The position numbers and the translations under genes are program-made. A stretch of 63,726 nt of DNA, filler included, from Reticulomyxa filosa (taxonomy: Eukaryota; Protista; Foraminifera), in NCBI GenBank assembly GCA_000512085.1. It is 20 parts of 20 records of this genome, joined end to end, with 100 filler letters (N's around TTAATTAATTAA, not from the genome) between each part and the next. Parts side by side here need not be neighbours in the genome. Positions count along the whole stretch, not along the records: positions 37,730 to 39,746 come from ASPP01027313.1; positions 39,847 to 44,135 come from ASPP01025262.1; positions 44,236 to 47,052 come from ASPP01010665.1; positions 47,153 to 48,631 come from ASPP01018925.1; positions 48,732 to 52,723 come from ASPP01033099.1; 15 more parts are not named here. The stretch is one strand, 5' to 3'. Below the pieces are notes generated by a model. It was not told the origin of the DNA, did not search any database, and worked only from the letters and a program-made list of their open reading frames with translations. Positions 37,730-49,674 of the stretch are shown one piece after another. Position 1 is the stretch's first letter; every line of letters starts with the position of its first letter.

Positions 37730-39746
37730 ATTATGGATGGATTTGATGAAATATATGATTTTTATCGTAAAAACAAAAATGAAAAATATTTTTATGATCG
37801 TTTTAATTTAAATCAATGGAATGCAAAAGTGATTGTTACTTGTCGAAGCAAAGTATTAAGTGATGGTGATATTCAAAATTCTTTAATTGATGTAAATCAT
37901 AATAGTACATCAATAATGTATTTATGGCCATTTACAAAACAGCAAATGCATAATTATATTGAAAAGTTTGTAAACATGCAATCCAAAAATATTAAAAAGG
38001 GTAACAATAGTAATTGGACATCACAACAATACAAGGAAACATTAGACAGTTATCCAAATTTGCAAAGAATGATAGAAGAACCATTCCTCCTTCAGCTTAT
38101 TTTAACTGTATTGCCATCATTAGTAAAACAATATGGTATAGGTAGTAAAATTACAAAAGCACAAGTGTATGAAGTATTCAATGATCAATGGATTGATATT
38201 CATAGTCAAAACGTTATTTCTAAACTGGCAGAATTAAGAATTCAAATGAATATTAACAAAATCAAGTTGACATTAAAGCGTTATTGTCTCGATTTGGGAT
38301 TAGATATGTTTCGTCAAGGAAATCAAGTTGCAGTGGAATCAGAATTTCAAGAAGCAAATAACGATGAAAAAATGTGGAGTGAGTTAGATCCAAAAATTGT
38401 AAATTATAACAAAATTGTGAATAAAAAAACAAAAACAAAAACAATAAATAAAACGCCAGTGAATACATCAGCTCAAGTAGTAATAACACAAAACGATTGG
38501 GATAGATATTTCAATGGCGATAGTATTGCAAAATGTGTACTAAGAAGAGTTGGTGATAACAAATACCAATTTTTACATAAATCATGCCAAGAATATTATG
38601 CAGCACAAAAAATTATATTGGATATCATTTCATGGAAACCAAATGTTGTTAATATTAGCGATCAACAGTTCCAACAAGAATTTGAAACGCATGTTCCAAA
38701 TTTGTTTATTAACCATAAATTATTAAATGAAGAATTTGAAATTATTCAATTTATTGTGGATAGAATTTACGATAATAATTCAATATTTGTGAATTTAAAA
38801 TCACGATTGTTTCGGATTATTGAATCCTCTAAAAATAATCCCAACGTATCAATTGCAGCAGCAAATGCAGCAACGATACTCAATGTAGCAAGAGTTGGCA
38901 TGAGTTATCAAAACTGGGATAAGGTGAATATATCACACGCCATTTTGGATCATGCTTTCCTTGAAGGAACAAGTTTCAAAGAGGCTATTTTGGATGGAGT
39001 GAGTTTTATCAATGCTTGTCTTAACTTTACCAATTTCACAAAAGCATCAGTAAATCAAGTTAACTTTGGAGAATATGGTTTTCTGAAAGGACATGAAGAT
39101 GTTGTTACTTCTGTTCGATTTTCGCCTGATGGAAATATAATCGCATCTGGTTCAATAGATAAAACTATTCAATTGTGGGATGTATCATCTGGTGAAAAAA
39201 TTCAAATGTTAGTGGGTCATTCAGAAGGCGTTTCATGCGTTGCATTTTCACCGGATGGTACCAAACTTGCATCAGGTTCAGGTGATAGTACTATTGGATT
39301 ATGGAATATAATATCTGGAAAACGAATTGGCACTTTAGAAGGTCATTCCGATCTTATTGGTTTTCTTCAATTTTCATCTGATGGCACTAAGCTTTTATCA
39401 GCTTCATTAGATAGTACAATCCATTTGTGGAACGTAGCGTCAAACAAGTTAATTCGACGTTTTCTAGGTCATACACAAAAGGAGTTTGCTCTGCTCAATT
39501 CTCACCTGATAATACTATAATAATTGCATCATGTTCACTTGATAAAACTATTCAATTGTGGGATGCATTATCCGGGGAACAGCTTTATGCAATCGAAGAT
39601 CTTCCAGATGCTCCCAATCGTATCCATTTTTCGCCTGACGGTGCTACAATTGTATCTGGATTATCGGACAATACTATTCGAATATGGAGTGTGATATCTG
39701 GTGAACAAATGCAATGCTTCGAAGGCCACTTGGATGTTATTTGCTG
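37730..39746 (+). CDS. NLR-like NACHT - pentapeptide repeat - WD40 protein (both ends truncated)
   Basis: Walker B IMDGFDEI, KVIVTCR, LWPFTKQQM, PFLLQL, winged-helix YQFLHKSCQEYYAA, AAANAATILN, pentapeptides (ISHAILDHAFLEGTSFKEAILDGVSF), then at least 5 WD40 repeats (GH...V.SV.FSPDG..IASGS.D.TI.LW). 1-nt frameshift at about 39480. Confidence 0.92.
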
Positions 39747-41153
39747 NNNNNNNNNNNNNNNNNNNNNNNNNNNNNNNNNNNNNNNNNNNNTTAATTAATT
39801 AANNNNNNNNNNNNNNNNNNNNNNNNNNNNNNNNNNNNNNNNNNNNGACTACTGTTTGCTTTGTCTTTACTTATCATTCTTTTTGTTTTTTTTTCCAATG
39901 CCAAACAAGTCAAGCTAATTCAAAAGCATAAGAACTAAATTTTTTTTGTGGTAAGATCATTCTTGATGAAAATTACTATTTGTTTGAATCACTTTTTGCA
40001 TTGTATACTGTTTGTATTATCTATAACATTGGCTTTGTTAAATTATGCATGCATTTTGTTTAAACTACTTTTGCTGTAATTGCTTTGTGACTGATGGAAT
40101 TATCTTGCTGAAATATCAAATCATTTCTAAACACCAATTAATGCTTTTGATCATTTTATCACATAGAACTTCTTTGTAAATATATGTATTGACACATCAA
40201 TTAATATTACATGCATAACCAGTCACTAATACTCCAAAGCAAGTCCACATGATTATGTTTCAACAACTAATTTTTGATGTTTTTATGATTGAAAGTCATC
40301 TTATATTTACTCATACATCCATGACTTACATGAAAGTTTTTTGCGACTTTGAGCAAACTCCAGTACTAACGCAACAGTTCAATAGCACGTTTTTTGTTAA
40401 AATTATAAATCCTTTAGCAATTTTAAAAAAAATTAAAAAACTCAAATACTGAACTACACTTAAACTAAAAAAAAAATAAAGTATAAAATATTAAAATAAT
40501 TATTAAAGATACAATAAAAACCAAAATGATATTTAAAAAGCACACTATTTGTAGATTTTTTTTAAAAAAATTAAGTCTAAATGTTGTTTTTTCATGTAGA
40601 AAATCAATCATCTCTATAATGTGACGTTTTAGGTGTCAACTTTACTTTGCATTATACTGTGTCTTCACTTAACCAAATTTCTCCGTTCTTGAGATATTTT
40701 CAATATATCTCAAATAATAAAATTCTAATTCTATTCTTCTTTTTTCTTTCTTCACAAATAATTTTCTCTTTTTCCTTTTTCATAAATTCTTTCGATCTCT
40801 TCGTCAATCTTCTTCATTTCCATTATATCTTTATAATTAAAATATATATCGTCATTGTCACTGCTGTCGTCGCTGTTGCTGTTGTCGCTGCTGTTGCTGC
40901 AGCTATCATTATTATAATTATAATAACAATCACTAATATCATTCGTAATTATGTCACCGTCATGACCCACCAGAAAATAAGAACCTATTTTATTATGATG
41001 TGTATTCATGTACATAAACAAACAAAAAATAATGATCATTAATGTACAACAACAAAAAAATATGCATATGTACGTATACCATATATTCAATCACACATAA
41101 CCCACATATATCATACATCATACACAGAAATATTATATACACAAATGTTTAAT

Positions 41154-41843
41154 TTATCCCCCTTCACCGGTTGTTACCATTGTTGTTGGTGGTGTTGTTG
41201 TTGGCGCTAGTACGGTTGTTGTTGCTGCAATTGTTGTGGTCGCTGCTGTTGTTGTTGCTACTGTGGTAGTTGATGTGGTGGTGATGATAGAAAGGATTGA
41301 AAAGGCGCATATCGGCGTGGCACCTTGACTGGTGATGCCTTTGTCTTGGCGCCTCTTTCCTGTGGAGTCAATTGCAGGGTCGATGACCTGTATTGCTCCG
41401 GAAAGGGAGCCCATTGTCAATGTGTCCTCAGGATATGGAGCAAGTCTCATCGTCTTTTGGGAGGTAACGGTAGCATCAGCTACAAACCTCTGTTGATACA
41501 GCCGAACAGTCGGCGATCTTTTATGCTCCTCCAACCACTGCTCCCGGGACGGAGTCAGTGGTTTGGTTGGTGACCTTTGTTGATCAATCGACCATTGTTG
41601 TTTGTATGGTGTTAATTGCTGCGTAGGTGATCTATATTGATCAGTAGTCACTTGTGATGACAGCAGCATACCACCCGCCCCTTTGACAGAATCGATTCCT
41701 TGTCGTTGTGGTGATGTAAAAGGGGCAATGGACCATTGCCCACTTTGTTGTCGTGTGGCATGTGCCACAGATTCTTGCCTTCGGGGCGCAATATTCAGCA
41801 GCCCCATATCCAATCCCAACTCTTCTTCTTCTTGGGGTTTCAT
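41154..41843 (-). CDS. Hypothetical protein with 19-aa RSPT repeats and Thr-rich tail
   Basis: 229-codon intronless ORF with three RSPT units at 57-bp spacing. Confidence 0.55.
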   Translation of the reverse strand: MKPQEEEELGLDMGLLNIAPRRQESVAHATRQQSGQWSIAPFTSPQRQGIDSVKGAGGMLLSSQVTTDQYRSPTQQLTPYKQQWSIDQQRSPTKPLTPSREQWLEEHKRSPTVRLYQQRFVADATVTSQKTMRLAPYPEDTLTMGSLSGAIQVIDPAIDSTGKRRQDKGITSQGATPICAFSILSIITTTSTTTVATTTAATTTIAATTTVLAPTTTPPTTMVTTGEGG

Positions 41844-43352
41844 TTCTGTTTGGAGTCATGTACGTGTGTTAGAGTTCATTGTCAAAAGAACAGAGTGTGT
41901 TTGTTCAACTTCATTTTGTTCAGAAAAAACAACGTGAAGACGTCATACCTTTCTTGGTTTCCATTCTCCTTCTTTTTATTTCAAAGTAAAACGTTGCGGT
42001 TGTGGCTGCGGGATAATTGGGGAAATGTAGACTATTTTTGGTCTTAAAGGTCCCTTCTCTTTGTTTGTGGTTGAAACTATATACTTTTGTGTGAAGCTGG
42101 TTCGACAAGAAAACTGCTGTCTTTCTTTTTGTAAAGAAAATTTGATATTATTGTTGCCTACTGCATTGTCATTATCATAGGGAGGGTGCGAAAGATTGTT
42201 TTACGTGTGTATGATGTTGCGAATAATTTTTGTCGCAAAGAAAAATTTGTAATGTGCGAATCATTTTTTTTTTGATCAAAAAAATCAGATAATAAATTGG
42301 GATACAAAAAAAAGGTCCATTAAAAAAAAAATTTCTTCAGAAAATGTTTTTTAATTGGTTACAGAATGTCGTAGACGAAGAGTCAGGATTTTCTCATTGA
42401 TTTCCAACTTTTCCAGATTGTTTATCTTGTTTTTTGAACGATTTTTTAAAATCGAAGTTTTTCTGTACGTGTAAGATGTTTCTTTTCAAGGGAACTCGTC
42501 ATCTGCTGCTCAAAAGGTCATTTCCTTTTACTAGAAAGCATGGGACATCTCTAGCAAGGTGTTCCTGTCATTAATTCGCATTTGGCTTGTTCTTGTTGTC
42601 TTTGTTAAGACGTTCATAGTCCCTTTTTTTACACCCCCAAACAACTTGTATGAACTGTTGTTTATTTACTATTTTGTATTTGATAATACAATCTTATTCA
42701 AATTTCTTTTTTTGTCTCATTGATATAATCTTTATTTTTATTGTTATTGATGTCACCGCAAAGTTGTAATCGAAATGATTACGACACATCTTGTTGATGT
42801 TAAACACATTCAAGAGACAATTGCCAATAAAAAATGTCAGCAGAATTTGAAAAAAAGACAACAAATAATTGTCAATCAATGAAAAAAGTTGTTAATCACA
42901 CGTTGTTTTTCTTTTGTTTTAAATTGCTGTGTGAAAAATGGCACCACCAAAAATTTTCAAATGGAAAGTCTCCTCGATTTAAAATTCTACCTTTCAACTT
43001 TCCAAAAATAAAGAAAAGTGAACAAATAAATTGCCTATATCAAATTTTTATATTAAATCGTGCCACATAATTGATTTTTCCCCTTCTCATACGGGATAAC
43101 GGCTAAATTTGAAGTTATATTTTTAAAAATTTTGAAAATTAATTATATACACCTAAATGCTAAGCTGCAAGAGTTTTTAAAAAAGAGCACAATTGAAACT
43201 TGGAAAATTGCAAACGAAAGCAAAGGTGTAGTTACCAAAAGTATTTTAATGTTCGGAATGAAAAGATTTGATAAAACATGGAAAAATGCTTTTTTTTTTT
43301 CTGATCTCTTTTGTAAATTTTTTTTTTTTTTTTTTTACAAACATTCAATAAG

Positions 43353-43846
43353 TCAATCAGAATTGCGTTCATCATCTGATCTGACATCCTCTAATGGTTC
43401 TCCTTTCCACCACGTGCGATAAACAACGGAAAGCATCAAGTAAAGCCAATACCAATGCAAAATGTACAAAAAGTAGAGAGGAACTTGGAAAAAGATATGG
43501 TGGAAAGGTTCATAATATGTATCTTTGGGCATTGCAAACGCGACAGCGAAGACGCAATGAGTTAAAAAAAAGAGCAATCGTGTTCCGATCCAAGACAAGA
43601 TGAGTATTGCAAACAAAAAGCTTGAGACATTTTCGAGCCCACAATACCGAAACAGTTTTGCAATGTTTAGTATCGGATCGCTCCAATCATGAACCCACAT
43701 AATGACAGCTCCAACCCTCAAATACCCCCAGCCATACGAGCAGATGATCAGTACAATCGTCAAAATATGATGAGTGAGCATCACCCAAAAGTCTTTCAAA
43801 TGTCGATCAAAGAATAAGTGCGTCACCAATAATTGCAAATATAACC
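43353..43846 (-). CDS. Ceramide synthase (LAG1/TLC family), 3' exon
   Basis: Lag1p motif KDFWVMLTHHILTIVLIICSY...RVGAVIMWVHDWSDPILNIAKLFRY and C-terminal DVRSDDE. Confidence 0.95.
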
Positions 43847-44236
43847 CTTTTTTTTTTTTTTTTGAATGCACACATAAAGAAATAAAGTTCAACCTGGAGG
43901 CCCCTTTCCCCCCCTCCCCCCCCTCTTTTACAATATTTATATCTCTCCCCTTTTTTCTTTTTATTGAACGCCACTATCACCCACATTTTTAAAATTAATT
44001 TTTCAAAAAAAAAAAAAAGGTAGCACGTGGTCAACTTTTTTTTTTTTTTTTTCCTCTCTTCTCCTGCTTGTCCCCTTTCTCACACTCTACTTCACTCAAT
44101 ACACTCAATAACAACAACAAAAAAAAAAAAAAAAANNNNNNNNNNNNNNNNNNNNNNNNNNNNNNNNNNNNNNNNNNNNTTAATTAATTAANNNNNNNNN
44201 NNNNNNNNNNNNNNNNNNNNNNNNNNNNNNNNNNNA

Positions 44237-44267
<31 letters not shown>

Positions 44268-44279
44268 AGGGGGGAAGGT

Positions 44280-45562
44280 AACTCTTTAATAATATTTTCT
44301 TTAGTATCTTCAATATCTTTGATATTTTGATTGGGAAGACGGTCTTGCTTTTCTTTGGAACTGTACACAGAAAAGCCATGTCGAATCATGAGGGATGGGT
44401 AATCGAGTTCCGGGAAGAACAGAAAGTCTTCTTCCTTTTCTTGCATTTGCAAATAAATGAATTCCTCTTTGCTCAGTCCACTCCACTGATTTTTTTCATG
44501 TGCCAAAGGGGTGTTGTAATTCGTGTCGTTCACATTACTATCTCCACTCGGACTGGCCGTGGTCCCATTGGTCGGAAAGGGTAGATATGACAATCCTCCT
44601 CCTCCTCCTCCTCTTCCTTGAAACTCTGGCACCGATGCCGATGCCGATGCCGATATCGATATCGATGTCGCCGATGCCACAGCGGCTACGCTATCATTAG
44701 TCGTGCTACTGCTTGAATGCAGCAACTTCAATAAAAATAAAGGGTGTTTGGAGTCCGGACTCATGGAGGACCACAGACCATCAGAGTGATTAATCCACGA
44801 CTCCAATGAATATGATACATTCGATATTGAGTCGCTGTTCAGTTGACTAGTGCCGTCCATCGCCATCATTGCGTTGCCTATTGCACTGTTGTAATAACTT
44901 AACGCGTTCAATGAATTGTAAGCACTTTGTATCGAATCATATTTTCGGATGCCTTCGCTTCCCATGGTCGCGCCCCTTTTTTTCACTTCGTACGTTCCGT
45001 TCTCGTTTTCGTCGCTCAATGGCAGAAGCACGTCGTCCCAATTCGATGACTGCGACGATTCTTGTGATCCCTCCGATGATATGCTTGGCGTCAGCTCCTT
45101 CCCTCCTGACGATGAGGAGGATAATCTTGATGTCGAGGAACGCTCCGATCCGTCGCTGTTTGTACTCTCTCCACTTGACGTACAACTGCTGTCGTCCTCT
45201 TCATTCTCGTCCGCTTCCTCTGTCTTTGATGGCGCGTTGTTCTCCTCTGACTTTGATTCTGTCATTGCTGATAGCTTCACGCTCTCTACACCTGTCTTCT
45301 CTATCAACTTCTTGTGTCTTTGCTCTTCTTTCTCTTTCTCTTTTGCTTTTTTCTTCACTCTCGTCTTATCTTTTCGCTTTCTCTTTCTCTTTGTCTTGCC
45401 CGGCTTTTTTTTTGTTTTGGAGGCAACTTTCTCTTTCGTCACTCTTGCTTGGGGGAGCGACATTGAGGAGGCATTCATCTCACTTTCCTCATTATTATTA
45501 TACTCAAGATGAGAATGTGATTCTGTATCGGATAAAGAAATGTGACTATCACTGCTGGTCAT
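44280..45562 (-). CDS. Ser/Lys-rich hypothetical protein, 5' part
   Basis: About 430-codon ATG-initiated low-complexity frame with a basic NLS-like cluster; truncated at the spacer. Confidence 0.6.
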
Positions 45563-46727
45563 TATTACTTACCTTTTTTTTTTAAAAAAACGTTCTTCTT
45601 GGTCCGACGAATACAGAAATTTCGCAAATACTTATTTTAGTCTGATAATACCTCTTTCACCAAAAATGTCTTGCATTGTTTGAAAATCTCAAATGCTATT
45701 GCTTACATTGCAGATAAACGATATCTTATTTAAAAAAATTTTTCTTTCACAAAATATCCACATTGCCAGTGAAAAAAATATCTACTTAATAAAATTGTAT
45801 TAAAGTTCTATGCAATAATGTCGATACACAAGGCTTGTTCTTAAAAAAAGGATTGTTTGTGGACAGTAATTTTATTTTTATTTATTTGTGTCCAGTGCGG
45901 TCATGTTGGTGAGTATTATATTATTTTATTTTTATATTCGTGATCAGTTATATTTATTTTTAAAAATTTGTATTTATTTAAAAAGGTATTTGTGTAGGCC
46001 AGCAAATTGGTATACAGTTTATGTCCAAAAAATTTATATTTACCACTTTAAGCATTAATGTTGATTTTTTGTAAAAAGTTATATTAGAAGATATTTTTCA
46101 AATTGAACATGTATTACAATATCTTTCAAATTTTGAAAAAAAAGATGTAACACATCGTAGTAAGAATTTTCGAAGAAAATCATTGAAGAAATTTTCAAAA
46201 TGGAAAAATAAAAATTATTGTTATAATCAATTGTTTTTTCTTTTAAAAATGCTGTAAAATCATTTGTGACTTTAAACAACTTTATCACATGCTTTGAAGC
46301 TACTCCAAAATAAAAAGAAAACAATAGTTTTTAATTGTAGTTAATACAACCGAAAACCAAAGATATACAATCAAAAGTAACTAATAAATGTCACAAGATC
46401 AAAACGATATATAGATATATTAACAATCATTCAGTTGTGCACATCCAATATATCAAGTTCAAAAATGAAATAAAAATATTATCAATACAATAATGTACTT
46501 ACTGTATCAAAACAGTAAATTGTTAATGAAGAAACTGAATATCAAACATATATAAAGAAAAACTGAAACAAAAGATATATAGTACAATTAATCCAAATAA
46601 AATGAATACAATGAATATATCATTAAATTGTTTATAAAGAAACTCAAAGATTCACTATAACATATCACATAGTTGAAGAAAATTTAACAAGAAAATTATA
46701 AAACATAATTGGTTAAATTATATTTAT

Positions 46728-46836
46728 AATCGACAGCTAAAAAAAAGATCTCCCTAAAATGACACATATGAAGATTCACACGTTTCTTCATGAAAAATCA
46801 ACATTTATTCAAAATTCTTTTTTTCAGCTGTCGATT
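46728..46836. repeat. 21-bp inverted repeat (20/21 match) with a 67-bp spacer
   Basis: AATCGACAGCTAAAAAAAAGA at 46728-46748 and TCTTTTTTTCAGCTGTCGATT at 46816-46836. Confidence 0.8.
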
Positions 46837-48526
46837 GTGCATAGGCTATAGTTACATCAATAGTGCAAAATATTCAAATCAGATAAATGTGATTATTTGA
46901 CATGTTAAATGAAATATTAATGAAGTGTACTAAAATAAAATAAGTTGAAAAATAGTAAACTGGACATATTTCCTTCTTCATTCAAAAATTCTATTTTAGA
47001 TGATGTTTTCAAAATACAGTAAGATAAAAAAGAAAGTTGACACATAAAATGCNNNNNNNNNNNNNNNNNNNNNNNNNNNNNNNNNNNNNNNNNNNNTTAA
47101 TTAATTAANNNNNNNNNNNNNNNNNNNNNNNNNNNNNNNNNNNNNNNNNNNNGATACCGTTTTAGGCGTTCAGTTTTCTTTGCAACCTACTGTAGGAAAT
47201 AAACCTTGTCCATTATTTAAGTCTTTTTCATTGAATAATTTTAAACACAAAAGAAGTAAATGAATAAATTGAGTGCATCTACAAACAATTGAAATAAAAG
47301 CACTTGTACTATTATTATTTTTAGTTGCAATTACAAAAAAAATTGGAGTGTTCCATAGATAAAATGTCTCATTCCTTTTTCAGAAAATTGAAAATTCCTT
47401 TCAAAAAAAACCTTTATGCAATGTAAAAAATAAAGCATTCTCTATCTTCTTTTAAATCAAAACATATTTTGTTTTTTTAAAAAATTGAAAGCATTTAAAG
47501 TTATTCAAATTATTCAAATTGATCTTTGTACAATTCATTTAAGAGATTGCTTGTAAAAATGAAATTATGTCATATGTTCATTACGTAATACATTTATCAT
47601 TTTATATGAGAGTTCAATAATGAAGTTAATATATAACATGTTATACCTAAAGACAATCATGTAGAATTTTCTTTTAGAAAAAAAAACATAGTTGGTAGAT
47701 ACACTCTTTGAATAGATTTTTAAAAATTTCTATTTATTAAATCTATAAATAAAACTTTGCAATATATCTTGAATACTTGTTGTAAATACAAACAAATCAA
47801 AAATTAGTTTCTTTCACACATTTTAACTGATAAAGAAAACATTTACTTTACTGAATTGCATTTTAAGAAAAGTAAAAGTACTCTGAATTTTTCTTCGTCC
47901 TTTTATGTTTTTGGAAATTATCGGAACAAGGATAAAATGCATTAAAATGTTAACATTTTGTATTTTTGAGAGATTGGATGAAAGATGGAAAATTATCCAT
48001 TTTATTATTCACCAAGTTGCGATAAAATCATTACTTCCTTTTCTTGGACGTATTTATGGACTAATTGCATATTTGCAAAAAGGGAATTTTAAAGAGAATT
48101 CTTTGCCAAAAATAAATAAATAAACCAATGAAAAAATATTGAATAAAGAATGATCCTTAATTCAATAATTCGGCCTGAAAATACTTCATAAACTATTAAT
48201 GGGAATTGCTTGAAATGAGTTTTCAAAAATAAAACAATAATTCGTATTCAATTGTACGTTCTTGTGCATTCAAATTACCTTTCCCATAATTTTGAGGAAA
48301 CTAGAAAAAAAATTCTTGTTGTTCTCATTACAAAATTTATATTTATTAAATAAAACAAACTCATTTCAATTTTTATTGACCCTTCGCGAGCTTAAAAAAA
48401 AAGCTGAAAAGCATCTTTTTCATCATTTTTGCGCCAAAGATCATCTCAAGGAAAAGAAAGATACTTTAGCTTAGTAATGAAAGTTTCGCTTAAGTTGTTT
48501 TTTTAGGTCTTTCTTCTTCTTGTTTT

Positions 48527-48631
48527 TCTCGTCATTTAATGGTGGTAGACATTTGTGTTCTGGATCATATGATAAAACAATTCGTTTATGAAGATATTGT
48601 TTGGTGTGTTGATATTTCACCATTACAAAGC
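48527..48631 (+). pseudogene. WD40 relic with internal deletion
   Basis: FSSFNGGRHLCSGSYDKTIRL is joined out of frame to EDIVWCVDISPLQS. Confidence 0.75.
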
Positions 48632-48731
48632 NNNNNNNNNNNNNNNNNNNNNNNNNNNNNNNNNNNNNNNNNNNNTTAATTAATTAANNNNNNNNNNNNN
48701 NNNNNNNNNNNNNNNNNNNNNNNNNNNNNNN

Positions 48732-49674
48732 TTCCAAGAAACATACTGAATTCGAATTTCGGTTGTAAAATTACAGACTCTATTGACTTGTTGGCACATG
48801 TGCGATTGTTCAACTTGTCACAAGAAAGGCAAATCAAAAATTTGAAAGATAACCCACAAAATGCAGCTCAAAAATTGGACAATAAAAATAAAGGTATGTA
48901 CATACTTATATTTATTTATTTACATAGGAAGAAGGATTGTTAAACAAATGAAATGAAAAATAATTTTCCACAGACAACATAGTAGTGCATAAGAGATATA
49001 TTGCCTTCTCAAATGGCACAGCAGTAAAAGAGAAACAAATGACTTATCTCAGTACTTATACGCGAAGTGATGTCATTCTTTTTAACAATTATCCAATCAA
49101 ATATTCAGAAATAATATCGCAAATGAAGGAATTGCCAATAAATGACTCCGAAATGGTCAAACAAATTCGCGCACGTTTAAGAAACAAACAATTGGAGTCA
49201 TATCCACAACATAAAATGGATTTTGTAGATGCACTGACGTACTTGTTGTTTGGTACTGAAGTTGCGAGAAACCCAGGCTGTATTTTATTGCATCAAATGA
49301 TGTTAGATCTCATTGAAAGCAAACAATACACTTTTGAGATGTTTTTAGACAGCGGATCTATGTTAATGCCAATGGCAATGTCTGGAGCTGTTCATGCAGC
49401 AAGGATGGCGTACGTATATCTAGAACCTTTTTTACCAAAGTCGTACAAGTATCCTGGCCCTTGTTATCATGATGATACCTTCAGACAATTGTTTGAAAAA
49501 GAAAATCATTTGATTGAATTGTGGTTGAAACTTAAGCAAAAGCCCGAACAATTTACCGAGGTAATTCGAGGTGCAATCTCTGAGTGGTATGGTATCTCAT
49601 TGAAAGAACAAGAAGGACAAGAAAAAAAGATTGAACAATCAGTACAGCTATGTGAAGATGAACGCAAACGGTAA
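48732..49674 (+). CDS. Hypothetical protein, 3' part (orphan helical domain)
   Basis: Exon ending ...AAQKLDNKNK at a GTATGT donor; acceptor CACAG at about 48973; then a long open exon containing LTYLLFGTEVARNP...MMLDLIE...MPMAMSGAVHAAR. Confidence 0.7.

Noticed and set aside
5213-43846. Sphingolipid/lipid gene cluster (acid ceramidase, ceramide synthase, P4 flippase)
   Set aside because: The genes are on different contigs separated by artificial linkers, so co-occurrence is not evidence of linkage.
44869-45585. Long plus-strand ORFs (238 aa, 187 aa) and similar antisense ORFs over NBR1, SAPS, DDX3 and 61257-61662
   Set aside because: These are shadow frames of low-complexity or GC-richer coding sequence on the opposite strand, with no independent motifs.
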